64,000 nucleotides of DNA from Octopus sinensis (GCF_006345805.1 NC_043000.1:54932001-54996000), one strand, 5' to 3'; counted from the first letter of the stretch, positions 12,625-26,245 are shown. Translations and numbers: made by a program. Notes: generated by a model not told the origin, from the letters alone.

Positions 12625-14699
12625 ATTCTGCTACTCCTCGCTGACAGAAAAATGTCCTCGTATCATTTTAAAATTGTATCACTTTATATATCATATGAGG
12701 AAGAATTTCTAGTTGCTTACATAAATCTCTGTTTGTCATATTGGATAAATAAGTATAAGTATCATTATGAATAATTAATACAAGGCACGATACATCTACG
12801 TGATTTAATACGGTTGATGAGTATTTTACATTCATAATTTATTTATTTTCTTTGATAGAAAATTATGTATCATAGTTTTAGACCAATACTATTAAACAAG
12901 ATTGCCATTGTTGGTCACAATGATAACAAGTTTGTGCGATAAACGTATATTTGAAGTCTAAGTGATTTTCATTTGATATGCGTGGATGAATATTTGAAAA
13001 TCTAGTAAAAGTATTTGTCATATAAAATTTATCTTTTAAATCATGTCTACGATTTACTTCAGCCTCTCGTTAATACATTTTAATCATATTTGCGAGTAAT
13101 ATGGTTTGTAGTTAAACATTTTAAATTAACATGAATTTCCATTGCACGTTCATTAAACTGCAATAAATTATTCTCGAGCATTAATCCACAAAATCGATAT
13201 TACAATTCATTGATTTCATTCGTTAATATCTGTCTGTTTATTATTATTGAATATGAGATATGTTAATTATGGTACGGAAACCTAACAATATATAGATATT
13301 TCAGTTAAATGTAATACTTAAATATATGTAACATACTATAATGTATATAGAAATTCAATAAATGATATCATATATCAAAGTACTTGTTCGAAGGTTGCAT
13401 TAGTTCTATGTTTAAATACCTGGATACACGTTCTAATTTCAGAACCAACCGAATCTAAAAAGTTAACAGGTATTTTTCTAGATTCGTATACCTGGCAGTA
13501 CGTGTATGTTTGATTGATGCACTATCAATGCATTCCACGTTTCAGTATATTATTCACCCCAGAAGTCTAACATAAATACTCTTTGAATCACACTTTTTCA
13601 TCGAAAGTTGTCTTACGAAATTCATAAAAATATGATTGGAGTTGTTGTTTGGCCTGTTGACAGCCGTTTTCGCGGATTCTGCCGGAGAGCATATTCGAAT
13701 GTATTTGATGAACAATAACAAGATAGAATGGCAAAATGATTTTAATGGGTCTGGCGTTGATTCAGGAGAAGTGAGAGATGGGGAGGGAAAGAGAGAGAGT
13801 AAGAATGAGAAAAACTGGTAACCTAGAATCGACTCAATTACATGATTGCAATTTATGTATATCTAGCACATGATATATGAAGGTTGACCTCAAGAGAATT
13901 GAAAGTCAGTGCACAGAGAGACGGAGACATATATTAGAAAAACATTCAATTCTACATTGAAATATTTGCCAATTCGCCGCCAAAAATTGTACAATATTTC
14001 TGTTGCTTGTTAATATTGGTGTTCACGTAAGATCTAAATATAAATTTTCAAAAATAAATGGCCATATAGGTGAAATCAATGGGATAAATAGAACTTTGGA
14101 TATTCTATTTAGAAATAGAACTTTGGATAATCTATTTAGGAATAGAACGTTTGAAAATAAAAGTCATACGAGATCTATTAATTGTTTTAAAATATTTTTC
14201 AAGCTTATCGCATGACGGAAGCTGAGAAAGTTTCCAATGTTTTTTTAATTCATTTTATCATGACTCATATTTCACCTTCACAGAATAATTAACATAAATA
14301 ACAATAGTGTCAAACGATAAAAAAAACATACCCAGTATAATCTTATGCATCATGATTCAATATTTATTATAAAGTGTATAAAACCCTGCTCCTCCAAATG
14401 CTTGAAAAGGCGAACATTTTTAAATTATTATCATATTTCATTACTTATAACTGGAAGATGATATTTAATTATTAGCTAATAAAACGTTGTCCATTACGAT
14501 AAATTAATGAATTCTAGGTTTCAATTAGATGTTATATTTTGTTTGTTTTCAACATATATTTCATAAGATGCTTAACATAATTTGTGTGCAATATAAAATA
14601 ATCATTAATGTATTGTTGTAATAAACAGATCTCTATTTCGCGGCATTTATAGCTTCAGTAAATGTATCAACATCAAGCGGACTAGATAAGATAGTGGTT

Positions 14700-14700
<1 letters not shown>
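12625..14700 (+). pseudogene. Decayed LRR remnant, containing a degraded Nin-SINE at ~13820-13985
   Basis: FENLVK, SLNCNKL, LQFIDF, FKYLDTRSN, PNLKS, IRMYLMNNNKIE (ORF 13636), TFENKSHTRSI, LFRGIYS. Confidence 0.6.
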
Positions 14701-14826
<126 letters not shown>

Positions 14827-14869
14827 CTTTAGATTCATTCTCTCTTTCCTTTTCTGTTATATATACATT

Positions 14870-16450
14870 CACAAATTAGAAAGTATGTAATGTATTCTTG
14901 TTATCTGATTGCAGTCTAATCGTATTTATTTTCAGAATCCTATTTATTGTAGACAGTTTTAAATTAATTTCACATTCGAAATTTCAAAATGTCATCAATT
15001 TGTATTCTTCCATTTTTTTTACACGTTTACTATTTCCCCGCCATTTTATCTTAGTTAAACTGTTTTGTATCATTCTATTAAAAAGAAACACTCAAAAACA
15101 TTCTTACCCGGTTTGCATATTAAATTTGTAATATTGGGTTGTATTGGGAAGGTCTTTAAGTGATCGTAGCTCATCAAATGCCATGAAATTTATTCAAATA
15201 AACATCTAAAGCACTTCAGATGTTAAACTGAGATTGTATACTACATTTTAACAATGCTTGCTCCTTTTTCATATGAAGCAGTAACATAGAAATAGAACGT
15301 GAAATATTCTTGTACTTTCATTCGAATAAAAAAAAATGATAGATTAAATTACTGAAGATATCTTAATCAAAAGACATAATCTAATATGACAGAAATATTA
15401 CCCATTACCCCTGACCCTAAAAATGTGCGGTTTTTGGGATGTAGGTGTATGATGTTATTTCGTTGTTATCTTTGATCCAATCAATCATTATTGAATTAAA
15501 CTGCATGTGTTGGATACTCAGTTTCAAAGTACATTATTTTTCACCTCTTCTATACGCTGATCCTTCAGATTTATATTTGTAACCACAGAAATAATGCCTG
15601 CCGTTGTTTTTTAAACAGATTTCAATCGGTAAAATATGTTTCAACATATAACATCGCTTATTTTAGCTCTTTATTGTCATAACTATACTATGGAGATAAC
15701 TAAGGTTATAGTATATCAAGTTTTGGGTATACATTGTACTTACTTAAATTCATTGAGCTGAGAATATATTGTCAATAAAGTACGTTTTACCTTTCTCTAT
15801 GCTGTACCATTATTATGCTCCATACAAAATCCATGACAAGAATATATTCCAATTATGCAGTTAGAATAAATGAAAATCATTTCTATATCCTGAATTTTGA
15901 AAGGGAAAGTACAAATTATAATGAATGCCTTTGTCAATAATGATTGATGTTTGTTTCTTGTATGTCATACAACAACACCCGTAGTTTATACATAGGAGGC
16001 GAATAACAGCCTTTTTACAATGTTAAAAAGAAGTACATTCTCAAATATCAGTAGTCTAAAATCATTTCCATCCGGACAAAATGTTAACTTTGATTCGAAT
16101 AACTTGTTCACTAGAGTAGCAAGTCCAGCCATAATAATTTTTCTGTAAATATTGTTCACATGTAAAGCTAATCTCGGTGAAACTAATTTTCAATACGCAC
16201 AATATGGAAAGAGCATTTACTAATGGATAATTGATGAAGTTTTGATAACTAACCAAGTTAAACTCCTCTAAAGGAGTTCCTTTTTAGTTCACTTCTATTC
16301 AACAGTGCATCAGTTTCAATCAAACAGCGCCATAGAATTCAATACACTCATACTAAGGCACATTCCTAAACATTACAATAAGGACGCTGACTTGCTAAAA
16401 ATCACAATATAAGATAATCCTGAAAACTTTTGCAATATTTGCTGCTATCA
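14870..16450 (+). pseudogene. Decayed LRRs, LRR-CT and an immediately following LRR-NT
   Basis: MFQHITSLILALYCHN (15636); RSLYIGG/NNSLFTMLKRSTFSNISSLKS (~15980-16065); cap NLGETNFQ...WII...TPLKEF; then QCISFNQTA...IPKH..TIRTL/LAKNHNI. Confidence 0.68.
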
Positions 16451-16454
16451 GTAC

Positions 16455-16668
16455 TGGTTTAAAATTTTGGCATAAGGCCAGAAACTTTAGGGTAAGGGTA
16501 AGTCGATTACATCGACCCCTGTGCTCTACTAGTACATATTTTATTGACCGAGGAGCGATAAAAAGCAAAGTCGACTCCGACAGAATTTGAGCTTAGAACG
16601 TAAAAACAGTCATAATATTGCTGAGCGTTTCGCTCGGCGAGCCAATGATTTTATCAGCTCGCTGCCTC
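16455..16668 (-). mobile_element. Nin-domain SINE (family B variant)
   Basis: Reverse complement of the family B head and core. Confidence 0.75.
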
Positions 16669-16669
16669 A

Positions 16670-18270
16670 GACTGTAATGAATATTAAGGTAGGAGACTGT
16701 ATTTTCAAAGAGACCGAATCCAGAAACACAATTCTTTTCAATAGCTAATACCAAATTTATTTACGATATGACTGTGTGTGAGAGTTTATAGAAAGTTATT
16801 GAATTAGTGGGGTTCATAATGAAGCAAAATTGAGAAGCATTCATACTTATAACACATAATCAATGTATATATTATATATTGTGTGTACTAAGGTAAAACG
16901 TTAAATTCTATCACTTGAGTACTTGATATATATTGCATAATTAAGTGTATTATTTGAAACATGAATACACACACGATTTTGTAATACTTCTGCTTTAATT
17001 TATAATGCTATGAATTCCTACATGTAAACGAGAAAAGCACTCAAAATAATAAATATTTTTTGACCTTATAGCTACATTCAGCTCTTTCCACACATTAAAG
17101 TAAAGTTATGTTTATTCAACCAAAGTAAAATAAACAGATGGATTTTGAATTCGCATAACTAAATAAACAACGGCATATTATAAAATAGCGCACTATGCTA
17201 AGTACATACATCGTAACGTTCTTTTTTGTGGTACATAATACAACGAAAGGCGGCGAGCTGGCAGAAACGTTAGCACGTCGGGCGAAATGCGTAGCCGTAT
17301 TTCGTCTGCCGTTACGTTCTGAGGTAAAATTCCACCGAGGTCGACTTTGTCTTTCATCCTTTCGGGGTCGATAAATTAAGTACCAGTTACGCACTGGGGT
17401 TGTTGTAATTGACTTAATCCGTTTGTCTGTCTTGTCCCCTCTATGTTTAGCCACGTGTGGTTAATAAAGGAACAGTTACATAATATAACGAAACACTTTT
17501 CTATTTTTATCCAAGAATGCTAAACTTAATATATATGAAAATTACATTAAATCATAAGCTGAAAATATTTACTTTGCTCATTTAAATTGATGCGAATTTT
17601 GAACCTGTGTCTGCTAGTATTAAATTTTATATAATAAATTTTCTAACCTCCAAAGACGCTTATAAATTTTCACGAAATGAACATGAAAAAACTAGTTTGT
17701 TATAACGGGAACCTTGTTTGTTTCCCCCTGTTGATGAAGAATAAACAAAAAGTGATGTATTAGCTACCGGCTATACCTAGATATATCATATTTGAAATTA
17801 CGCGGCTGAATTATATTATGCAAGTAAAGAACAGCTACATAATGCGTCTCAAATATCTGAAAATATCAATTATCAATCGTTCAACGTAAATATATATTCC
17901 GGATGGTATTAACGACAGATGGCTTTATAATGCCAATGCTTTAGTCTTACGCTGTAGTAGCCTCAGTAAATTGATATTTCATGAATAGACAACCCAATCA
18001 TGAAACCGCCTCGCAGTTGCTTGACATACCAAAAATGACAAACAATATCACTATAATCAGTTTCTACCGTCTTCACATAAGAACATACGTATTGATACGA
18101 TATTCCGGGCAGTAATATATAACAGACGGCAGTAAAGATTAGAACCACGGTGCACAATGAATGCACAAGAGAGTATCTTGGAAATAAGTTCGAGTCAGCA
18201 GAAAATTAAATTTGGTAGTTTAGAATTAGAACACATTATTAATATAGTATATTTGGTAGTGTACGCAGAT
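16670..18270 (+). pseudogene. Decayed LRR remnant, split by the SINE at 17249-17473
   Basis: SLEYL, FPHIK, LNIYENYIKS, MRILNL, YLDISYLKL, RLKYLKIS, LLDI..TNNITII. Confidence 0.65.
17249..17473 (+). mobile_element. Nin-domain SINE (family B)
   Basis: Close copy of 1184-1413. Confidence 0.9.
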
Positions 18271-18289
18271 ACGTGTGCGTGTGTGTGTG

Positions 18290-18477
18290 TGTGGTTACGG
18301 AGTTAAGAAGCTTGCTTCCCAACAATATGATCTTGGGTTTTGTCCCATCGCACGACACATAAGGTGTCTTCTACCGGCGCCGAGCGAAGTCTTCTGAGTA
18401 AATTTGTTAGACAAAATCTGAAAGGAAACCGTCGTACATATGTGTGTGTGTTTAAGTGTGTGTGTGTGTGTGTTTAA

Positions 18478-18508
<31 letters not shown>

Positions 18509-18760
18509 TGTGTTTGTGTTTATACTTTCCTTGTGTGTGTATGTTTATCTATGTGTGTGTCCATTTGTATTTGCTCCCATCACCGTAGAACAATTAGTAT
18601 TTCTTTCTTTATGTCCCTACAAGCCCGAAGGAGTGGATTACAACCTTTAAAAAAATCATAAGTACTCGAGTACATTAGTTTGGCTTTACTCTTCCAGACA
18701 GGGCCTCAGCATGGCTGCAGTCGAAATAGATAACAGGTAAAGACAAATATAAAAGTAAAA
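18290..18760 (+). mobile_element. Family A SINE, degraded
   Basis: tRNA-like head, internal GT tract, tail cagcatggctgcagtc. Confidence 0.7.
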
Positions 18761-19610
18761 GAGAAATATTGTCCATGACTGATCTGTTGAAGTTTTGAAT
18801 AAATATCTAAGTTTATGGCTATATATACGGTTTCATTCGATAATTTTACGCTAAACCCGATTCATTCACATGAATTTGTAAAGCAGGGAGGTACACTTTT
18901 TGATTTTCTAGTCAATACAAAAATAATTGCAAAACGGAGAAGTATGTTCCTAAATATTGTGCATAAACTAAATCTCACTTTTAATTTTTTTTATATTCAT
19001 AACGTTTTTGAAATAATTAAATAAATGTTATAGATTCATAAATCACGTATCGTGGAAAAGAGCTTCTCACTCGAAAATGCAACAACTTTTTGCATAGCTC
19101 TTGTGCAGGAATTTGCATATTCTATGAGCTGCAAACTACATTCCCATTATTAATCGATTTAAAACCGCCTATGATTAACTGACGATCAGGCATTATGAGT
19201 ACACATCAAGGCGGCCAGCTAGCTGAACTGTTAGCGCATGGACGATGTGCTTTGCGGTATTTTGCCTGTCGTTACGTTCTGAGTTCAAATTTCGCCGCGG
19301 TCAACTTTGCCTTTCATACTTTCAGGGTCGCTAAATTAAGTAACAGTTGAGTCCTGGGGTCGATGTAATCGACTATCCCCTGCCCCCAGATTTCAGGCTT
19401 TGTGCCTATACTAGAAACGATTATGAATACACGTCCTATAAATCGCATCGTATTGTCTGAAAATGGAACAACAAAAATGGGTTCTTGTAACAAAAAAAAA
19501 AATTAACGTGAGAATCAAGTTCAAAAGTATTTAAAGAGAATCATGCTGCAGATGCTTTACATGCATACGTCTACAAGTAGAGTTACCAATTTAGCTACCA
19601 ATAACACAAG
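18760..19610 (+). pseudogene. Decayed LRR remnant, split by the SINE at 19210-19423
   Basis: KYLSL, VHKLNLTFN, INRIVLSENG, MLQMLYM. Confidence 0.5.
19210..19423 (+). mobile_element. Nin-domain SINE (family B)
   Basis: gcctttcatactttcagggtcgctaaattaagta core. Confidence 0.82.
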
Positions 19611-19705
19611 GACACGAGTGCGCGCACACACACATACACACATATGTATGCGTCTGTGCGCATGTAATTGTTTTCACGTAGGTGTAGCATATGTTAGATG
19701 CATAT

Positions 19706-19736
<31 letters not shown>

Positions 19737-19765
19737 ATATATATAAATATATTTGGGTGGGGGTG

Positions 19766-20794
19766 TATAAATGAGTAACAAAGATGTGCAGGTGTCAATT
19801 TATTACGGCCGTTTCAACCGACTCCTTTAATTGATTAATGAAAACATTACATCATTGCAAAGAACTCGTTTTCTTCTGATTAATACATGCATCTCAAACG
19901 CGAAGGCTATCTGTGGTGCTTTAACAAATTCGCATCTCCAATAGTGCTCAAAATATTTACATTGATTCTGCTGCTATTTCTTTGGCCGAAGGAGATTAGA
20001 AAATAGTCGAATTTCTTTGGCACAAGAAGTTTAGAAAATAGTCAACTTTCACGTATATATTTAATTATATTTTGCTTCAAAACTATAGATATGCTAAGTT
20101 AGAATGTGCCCCTTCCCTTATTCTCTTAACTTATATTCCATCCCTGATTTCTAGTACTTTTTCTTCTAGTTTCATTACCTTTCCCTTTAAGATGACATCA
20201 AAATAAATATTGTCAACTCATCTTATCCTTCTTTCTTCCAATTATCACCCCTTCCTCATCAGGCATTCCCTTTTTTTTGCCACCCTAAGACTTACCCTTG
20301 GAGTATAGACAAAATCCGGATATAAGGTTCCAGTACTTAGATAGCCTAGTAGGCTGTCTTGGTACTAATTAATTAATCACTTTTGTCTAGATTACAGCTA
20401 CAACTCCCAAAAGATTTAATTTTGGATGATTGAAGACTAAATCCCCTTATTACCTTCAAAGAGTAGGTAACTAGGTCAGTACTCGCAACTATCCCCCCCA
20501 CCTCCTATAATCTCTGCTAACCTTAAATCATAGCAGATTCGACACTACATAGACTATTTTCTAAACTCATTCTGTCAAAGACATAACAGCGGGATCACCG
20601 TAAGTATTTTGAGCTTCATTGATAATGTGAATATATTAAAGCAGTTGTTTTGTCGTTTGAGTTCGTAGTCTATGCAGTCATCTGACGAAAACGGTTTCTT
20701 TGCAATGATGTCATGTTTTCATTAATTAATTAAAATAGTCGCTTGAAACGGCCGTAATGAATTGACACCTGTACATCTTTCTTACTAATTTATA
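19766..20794. mobile_element. Penelope-like non-autonomous element with ~150-bp inverted terminal repeats carrying a hammerhead-ribozyme motif
   Basis: 19766-~19915 is the reverse complement of ~20640-20794; CTGACGA (20682)...GAAAcggccgTA (20745) in the right arm. Confidence 0.6.
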
Positions 20795-21084
20795 TTTTAT
20801 TCACCTAGCTTGGAACATGATCTTCGAAAATATTATAGAAAGTATTTTTCATATAGATTACATGTCTGAACAAGCAATAGCGGATCTCTCCACTAAGTTG
20901 GGTCGTGTTAACTGCATACACTGCAAGATTACCAATTGCCAACAGTTCTGCACAGAATTTGATATTCACCTAATATTGTTGGGGGTGCAAATTAGATCGA
21001 CCTAAAAGGTGCCTCAGTTAAAGTACCTAATTCAACTGAATATTAATTATAAATATATAAATTCTTTCATTCTTATATTATTGT

Positions 21085-21283
21085 ATTTGTTTCAGTCATA
21101 TGACTGCAGCCATGGTGGAGTACTGACATTTTAGGTGAACAAATCGACTCCAGGACTTATCCCTTGTAAGCCTAGTACTTATTCTATCGCTCTCTTTTGC
21201 CGAACTGCTAAGTTACGGGAACGTAAACACACCACCATCGGCCGTCAAGTAACGGTGGGGGACAAACGCAGGCGTACAAACAT

Positions 21284-21343
<60 letters not shown>

Positions 21344-22480
21344 GCTGTTGGACCCGGCATTGGTCGTGTTTTCCGTGTTGAAGTTAAGCCGACTTTTGAC
21401 CTTGTATTGAAATCTTCTACATTCCTCGTGCCAAGTATTACCCATTAAGATGTTATATTTGATTCGGCAAGGATTTTACCCGGTTAGTGCTTTCGACAAA
21501 CTTTTGGGTGTACCTCGACCCGTTGAGAGTGATGTTTGTTTTTTTCTCTCCCCTTAATGCCACCCTCTATACAAAACTGATCAGCGTATCCAATATCAGC
21601 AAAATCCGAAGAAAAGTGTTAAGGTTTTGTTATAAAATAGAATCCATGTGACCAGTTACATGAAAATATCACATTGACTTTTAAATCCCAATACATTATA
21701 TGAATAATCGATATTTCATATGTCGAAGTGCATAATTTTACTCATGGGGCAATTTTCTTCAAAATCTAGAATCCCCCACTCATGTACAATTATCGATGTT
21801 TTTGTTAATTCTTCGTGCTGGCATCAACTAATGTACATAAATTGTAATCAGGTGTAAAATTTCTACAAAATCGATCAGAATGTCTCTAAGGAAATTCTTA
21901 TTTGCATTTGTGCCTTTTTCAAGCCATTCTGAATTAAATAAACATCTTTATCGTCTTCCCACCACAAAATTTACCTACATCTCAAATTTCATTAAAATAG
22001 GATAAAAAATATAAAAATTACAGCCAAAAAATCCCAATGGGTATTTGCGCGTAAAAAGCCTATTTGTTTTATAAAATCACTGCACAGGCACAATTATCCA
22101 ATTTTTGTCAACGCCATATATTGACATCGAATCATTGCCATGAGTCTCGCTCACTCATCGATTTTCATCAAAATCGGACAAAAAATGCAAAAGCTGCAGG
22201 GAAAAGGACATCGTTATGAGAATTTCTATTCAAACGCCCAATTGAGTTAACAAAAATTCCGGCCTTATCTGAACCTCAGGCCGCATGATCTACCTATAAA
22301 CCAAAAATCATTAAAATCGGTTGGACTGTGTGGGAGGATTTAGAGTAACCCCAAACACACACACACACACACACACTATTACACATCTATATATGTTTTA
22401 GTAGAAAACACTTGCCCAATGTACCACGCAACCATGTGGTTGGTAAGCAAGCTACATTCCACATCACAATCCCTGCGCCC
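21085..22480 (-). mobile_element. Family A SINE split by a Helitron
   Basis: Tail at 21085-21335, head remnant at 22400-22480. Confidence 0.75.
21340..22396 (-). mobile_element. Non-autonomous Helitron-like element
   Basis: Reverse-strand 3' end CTAG preceded by an imperfect hairpin (cccggcattggtcg); other end aaaatcggttgg...(CA)n..tatata; repeated aaaatcgg motifs; inserted in a TA tract. Confidence 0.65.
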
Positions 22481-22499
22481 ATATACATATATATATATA

Positions 22500-22689
22500 T
22501 TCGTTTTTGCGTAATGAGATAAAGAAACCAAGGCTGTGTATGTATTAGAACATTTATAGATAGGTCTTACAGCTCCAGGATATTTAATAATTATATCCCT
22601 TCATCAGAGGAACGAAAATAGATGCAAGTTATATATGGATATTGAAGTTGTAAATCTATCTTTTAGGCAGAAATCAAATATATATATAT

Positions 22690-22742
<53 letters not shown>

Positions 22743-23435
22743 ATAATTAAGGGTTTAGCAACAAGTTGCTTAACCTCATACCAAAAAATTTAGAAATAGC
22801 AGCCAAAAGACCGCTATTTCTTTTCGCCACAAAATATGACTCCACAGACAACCTTCTCTGTAACTCACATAGGCAAAAATAGACGGAAAATAATGAAATC
22901 AAACAGTCTTCGGTTAATTATGCACGCGTTTCTGGATTAGAGTTATAAAGCTCATTTTCTTATCAACATAATATTCCGATAGTTATAAATTAAAAAATGC
23001 TAGAAAACTTACCCTTTGCATTTCTGACCAAGCGACATCAGAACTTAACATAAGGTAGTTAGCATATCCGAATATATAATTATACCGCTTAATATTCTTA
23101 ATGTAGGTAATACAATCAGAAACCAGAGCAACATAATTTATAACCACACTCAAAATCAAATATATACATATATTATTCTACATTTATAAAACGGATAAAA
23201 AAATTCCAAATATATAAATATAAAATACATATAAATAGATAATGTTCCTGCTTCCATTAGCTCCAAGAGTCCATCGCTATATGACACACGAACCTGTGTC
23301 CATTATAACCTTCGAACAGGGGAGATCAGCTGCTTCCACTTGCTTGTCAGGATTCTGCAGACTACTTTTAGGGCATTTGCCCCTTATCAATGCAGAGCAT
23401 CTAGTGTGGAAAGCACGCTAGATGCCGAAATATCG
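22500..23435 (-). mobile_element. Penelope-like terminal fragments
   Basis: Decayed hammerhead-like motifs on the - strand (cttcatcag ~22600; cgcgtttc...ttatcaac ~22925-22967); no coding remnant identified. Confidence 0.4.
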
Positions 23436-23472
23436 ATTACTTGATAACAAATGCACTCTTGTTTTTTGCTAT

Positions 23473-23491
23473 ATTATTATTGTTGTTGTTC

Positions 23492-23571
<80 letters not shown>

Positions 23572-23589
23572 GTTATTATTATTATTATT
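23473..23589. repeat. (ATT)n microsatellite
   Basis: Directly visible. Confidence 0.95.
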
Positions 23590-24163
23590 GAGTGAGAGAG
23601 CAGTGCATGCCATCAAAGTGACACTGTGGTAAGATATACGAAGCCCAGTATACCCATCATGACTACCCGTCTGATAAGGGTACACCAGGCACATGAATCA
23701 CAGCCATGTTCGCGCGACATGGTGATCTCATATCATGATAAACAGCACATTATTTTGCAGGTGGGGCCCAATTAGAATTTTCTTATGGTCGAGTAGCCCA
23801 TCCCGCTCAAAAGGTCCCTGAATAAGGGTTGTTTAAGGATGTTGAACGAAACACTCATGTTTCCAGAGGTGAATTATTCAAATCATAAAGAAACCCTCAC
23901 AACACATGGCTATGATGCTCCCCCAGTACTTCTGCTCCTGATCAGAGATGTACATATCGTCAGTCACTAAGGGACATGCTCAATTGGTTAAGGTCAAACA
24001 ACTGACAAGCAAATATCTGGTATTGAGCAGAATATTTGCTGTAGCCCATCTTTTATACCAAGACAAAACAATGTACATGACAAAACAATGTATATGATAA
24101 CACTTCCAATCAGTTAAGATCAGAAGCCATGAGAGCCAGTTGCCTGGTACTGCATCAGGGCAT
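23588..24163 (-). mobile_element. Non-coding (AAT)n-embedded interspersed repeat (probable R4/Dong-dependent SINE)
   Basis: Flanked by AAT tracts; its 3' end ...gcactgctctctcactcaa(taa)n recurs at 30124-30420, ~24205-24238 and ~31573-31594. Confidence 0.7.
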
Positions 24164-24257
24164 TATTATTATCATTATTATTTTATTATTATTATATTAT
24201 TATTATTATTGAGTGAGAGAGCAGTTCATGCCATCAAAATTATTATTATTATTATTA

Positions 24258-24296
<39 letters not shown>

Positions 24297-24384
24297 GTTA
24301 TTATTATATTATTATTATTATTATTTATTATTATTATTGTTATTATTATTATTATTATTTTATTATTATTATTATTATTCAGTA

Positions 24385-26245
24385 GTTTTATTTTTATAGC
24401 GTGCTTTCACTTCACTACCGAGCGCAGCTCTGTGTGCCTTGGGTATGTGCTGTGATTTGTTGTGATGCTCTGATGGTTATGTATGGAAAGTGTTCTGCGT
24501 AGGATGTGTGCAGTGCCTAGTAGTGCAATTTTCTGTATGTTATATGTGTTGTAAGTCCTGGTGTTTTTGTTATGTATTTGTCTGAATATTTTTTTATCAT
24601 GCCTAATGCACCTACTATGATAGAATTGTTTCTGTTTTCAGATTCCACATTCTAGTTACCTCTATTTCCAGGTCTTTGTATTTTGAGAGTTTCTCCATTT
24701 CTTTTAGAGCCACGTTGTCATCTGCCGGCATTGATACATCAATTAGAAAGCATTTTTTCTTCATGATCTCTGACAACTATATCTGGTCTGTTGGCCTTAA
24801 TTTCTCTATCTGTGTGTATCGGCATATCCCAGAGTATGGTTGCTTTCTCGTTTTCTGTGACCTTTTCTGGTGTGTGCCTATACCATCTTTTTTCTGTTGT
24901 TATTCCATAATGTTGGCATAGCTTCCATGTATGTAGGTTCCAACTCTGTCATGTCTGTGAATATATTCCTTCTTAGCTAGGACTGGGCAGCTAGAGATAA
25001 TATGATTTATTGTTTCTTGTCATCTCCACATATTCTGCAGTTACTTGTAATATTTCTTTCATTACAGTTTTTGGTAATTTCTTGGGGGGAGGCTTTGATC
25101 TTGTGCTGCAATTAAAAATCCCTCTGTTTCTGCTTTGAGTCCTGAGCTTCTCAACCATTCCTGGGATTTTTCTTAGTCCATTTCTTTTGCGTTTAGTTTA
25201 GTCCAGTATTACAATGAAGGCTTTTCTTGCCATCGTTTTATCATGGTTCGTTGCTGTGTTCTATTTTTAGTTTGGATTTCATTTGTTTTATAGCTTTTGT
25301 TGTTTCTTCATCTTCTTCTTCTTCTTCTTGTTTATTAGGTGTATGATTTCTTGTTTGTATTTGTCAGCTTCCTTAAATACTGAGAACAGTTTTTTTGTTT
25401 TGCTCGTGTTTTGCTGCTATCTGGATCAGTTTTCTTCCTTCTGAAGTAGATATTTTTGCAGTCCTATGGTGGTAATTTTATAGTAGTTTTCCAGCTGTAT
25501 AAGGCCTCTACCACCTTCTATACGTTGTATATATAGTCTTTCTATGTCAGATTTTGGGTGATGCATCCTAGATCCTGTCATTATTTTTCTTGTTTTCCTA
25601 TCTATTTTGGACAGTTCATTTCGTGTCCAGTTAAGGATATTGTAGCTGTAAGTTATAACTGGGACAGCTAAAGTGTTGATACCTATTATCTTGTTTTTAG
25701 CATTGAGCTCTGTTTTTAGTATTGATCTAACTCGTCTATAATATTCTTTTTTTATTTACTCTTTCATTTGTGTATGTTGTGTCTTATCTAGTTCATGGAT
25801 TCCTAAGTATTTGTAAGTTTGGCTTTGGTCTAATTATTTTATTTCATTGGTTTTATCTAGTGTGATGTTGTTACTCTTAACTAGTTTTCCTCTTTTCATG
25901 GTTACTTTGGCGCATTTTTCTAATCCAAATTTCATATCTATTTCTTTTGTAAATCAATGAATTGTCTTTAATAGTGTTTCCAGCTGTTTGTCATTTGCAG
26001 CGTATAGTTTTAGGTCATCCATATATAAAAGGTGGCTGATCGTTTTGCCGTAACATTTATATCCGCATCCAGTTCTATTTAGCATATCAGATAGAGGTGA
26101 CAGTGCCAAGCAGAAAAGGAGTGGAGAGAGCGTGTCTCCATGGAATATTCCTCTTCTAATGGGGATGTCTTTGGTTTTCATGAGTCCCTCTTTTGTTTGG
26201 AGGTGTAGGACTGTTTGCCATTTATTCATAGAGTGCTCTATGAAT
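24385..26245 (-). mobile_element. R4/Dong-clade LINE, 5'-truncated
   Basis: RRGIFHGDTLSPLLF and HLLYMDDLKLYA (ORF 25954-26229), downstream GGRGL, zinc finger and RLE remnants; flanked by ATT tracts. Confidence 0.92.

Noticed and set aside
16062-16256. Minus-strand LRR-like ORF (GTPLEEFNL upstream)
   Set aside because: Isolated match; the + strand gives a coherent ordered series of LRR and cap motifs.
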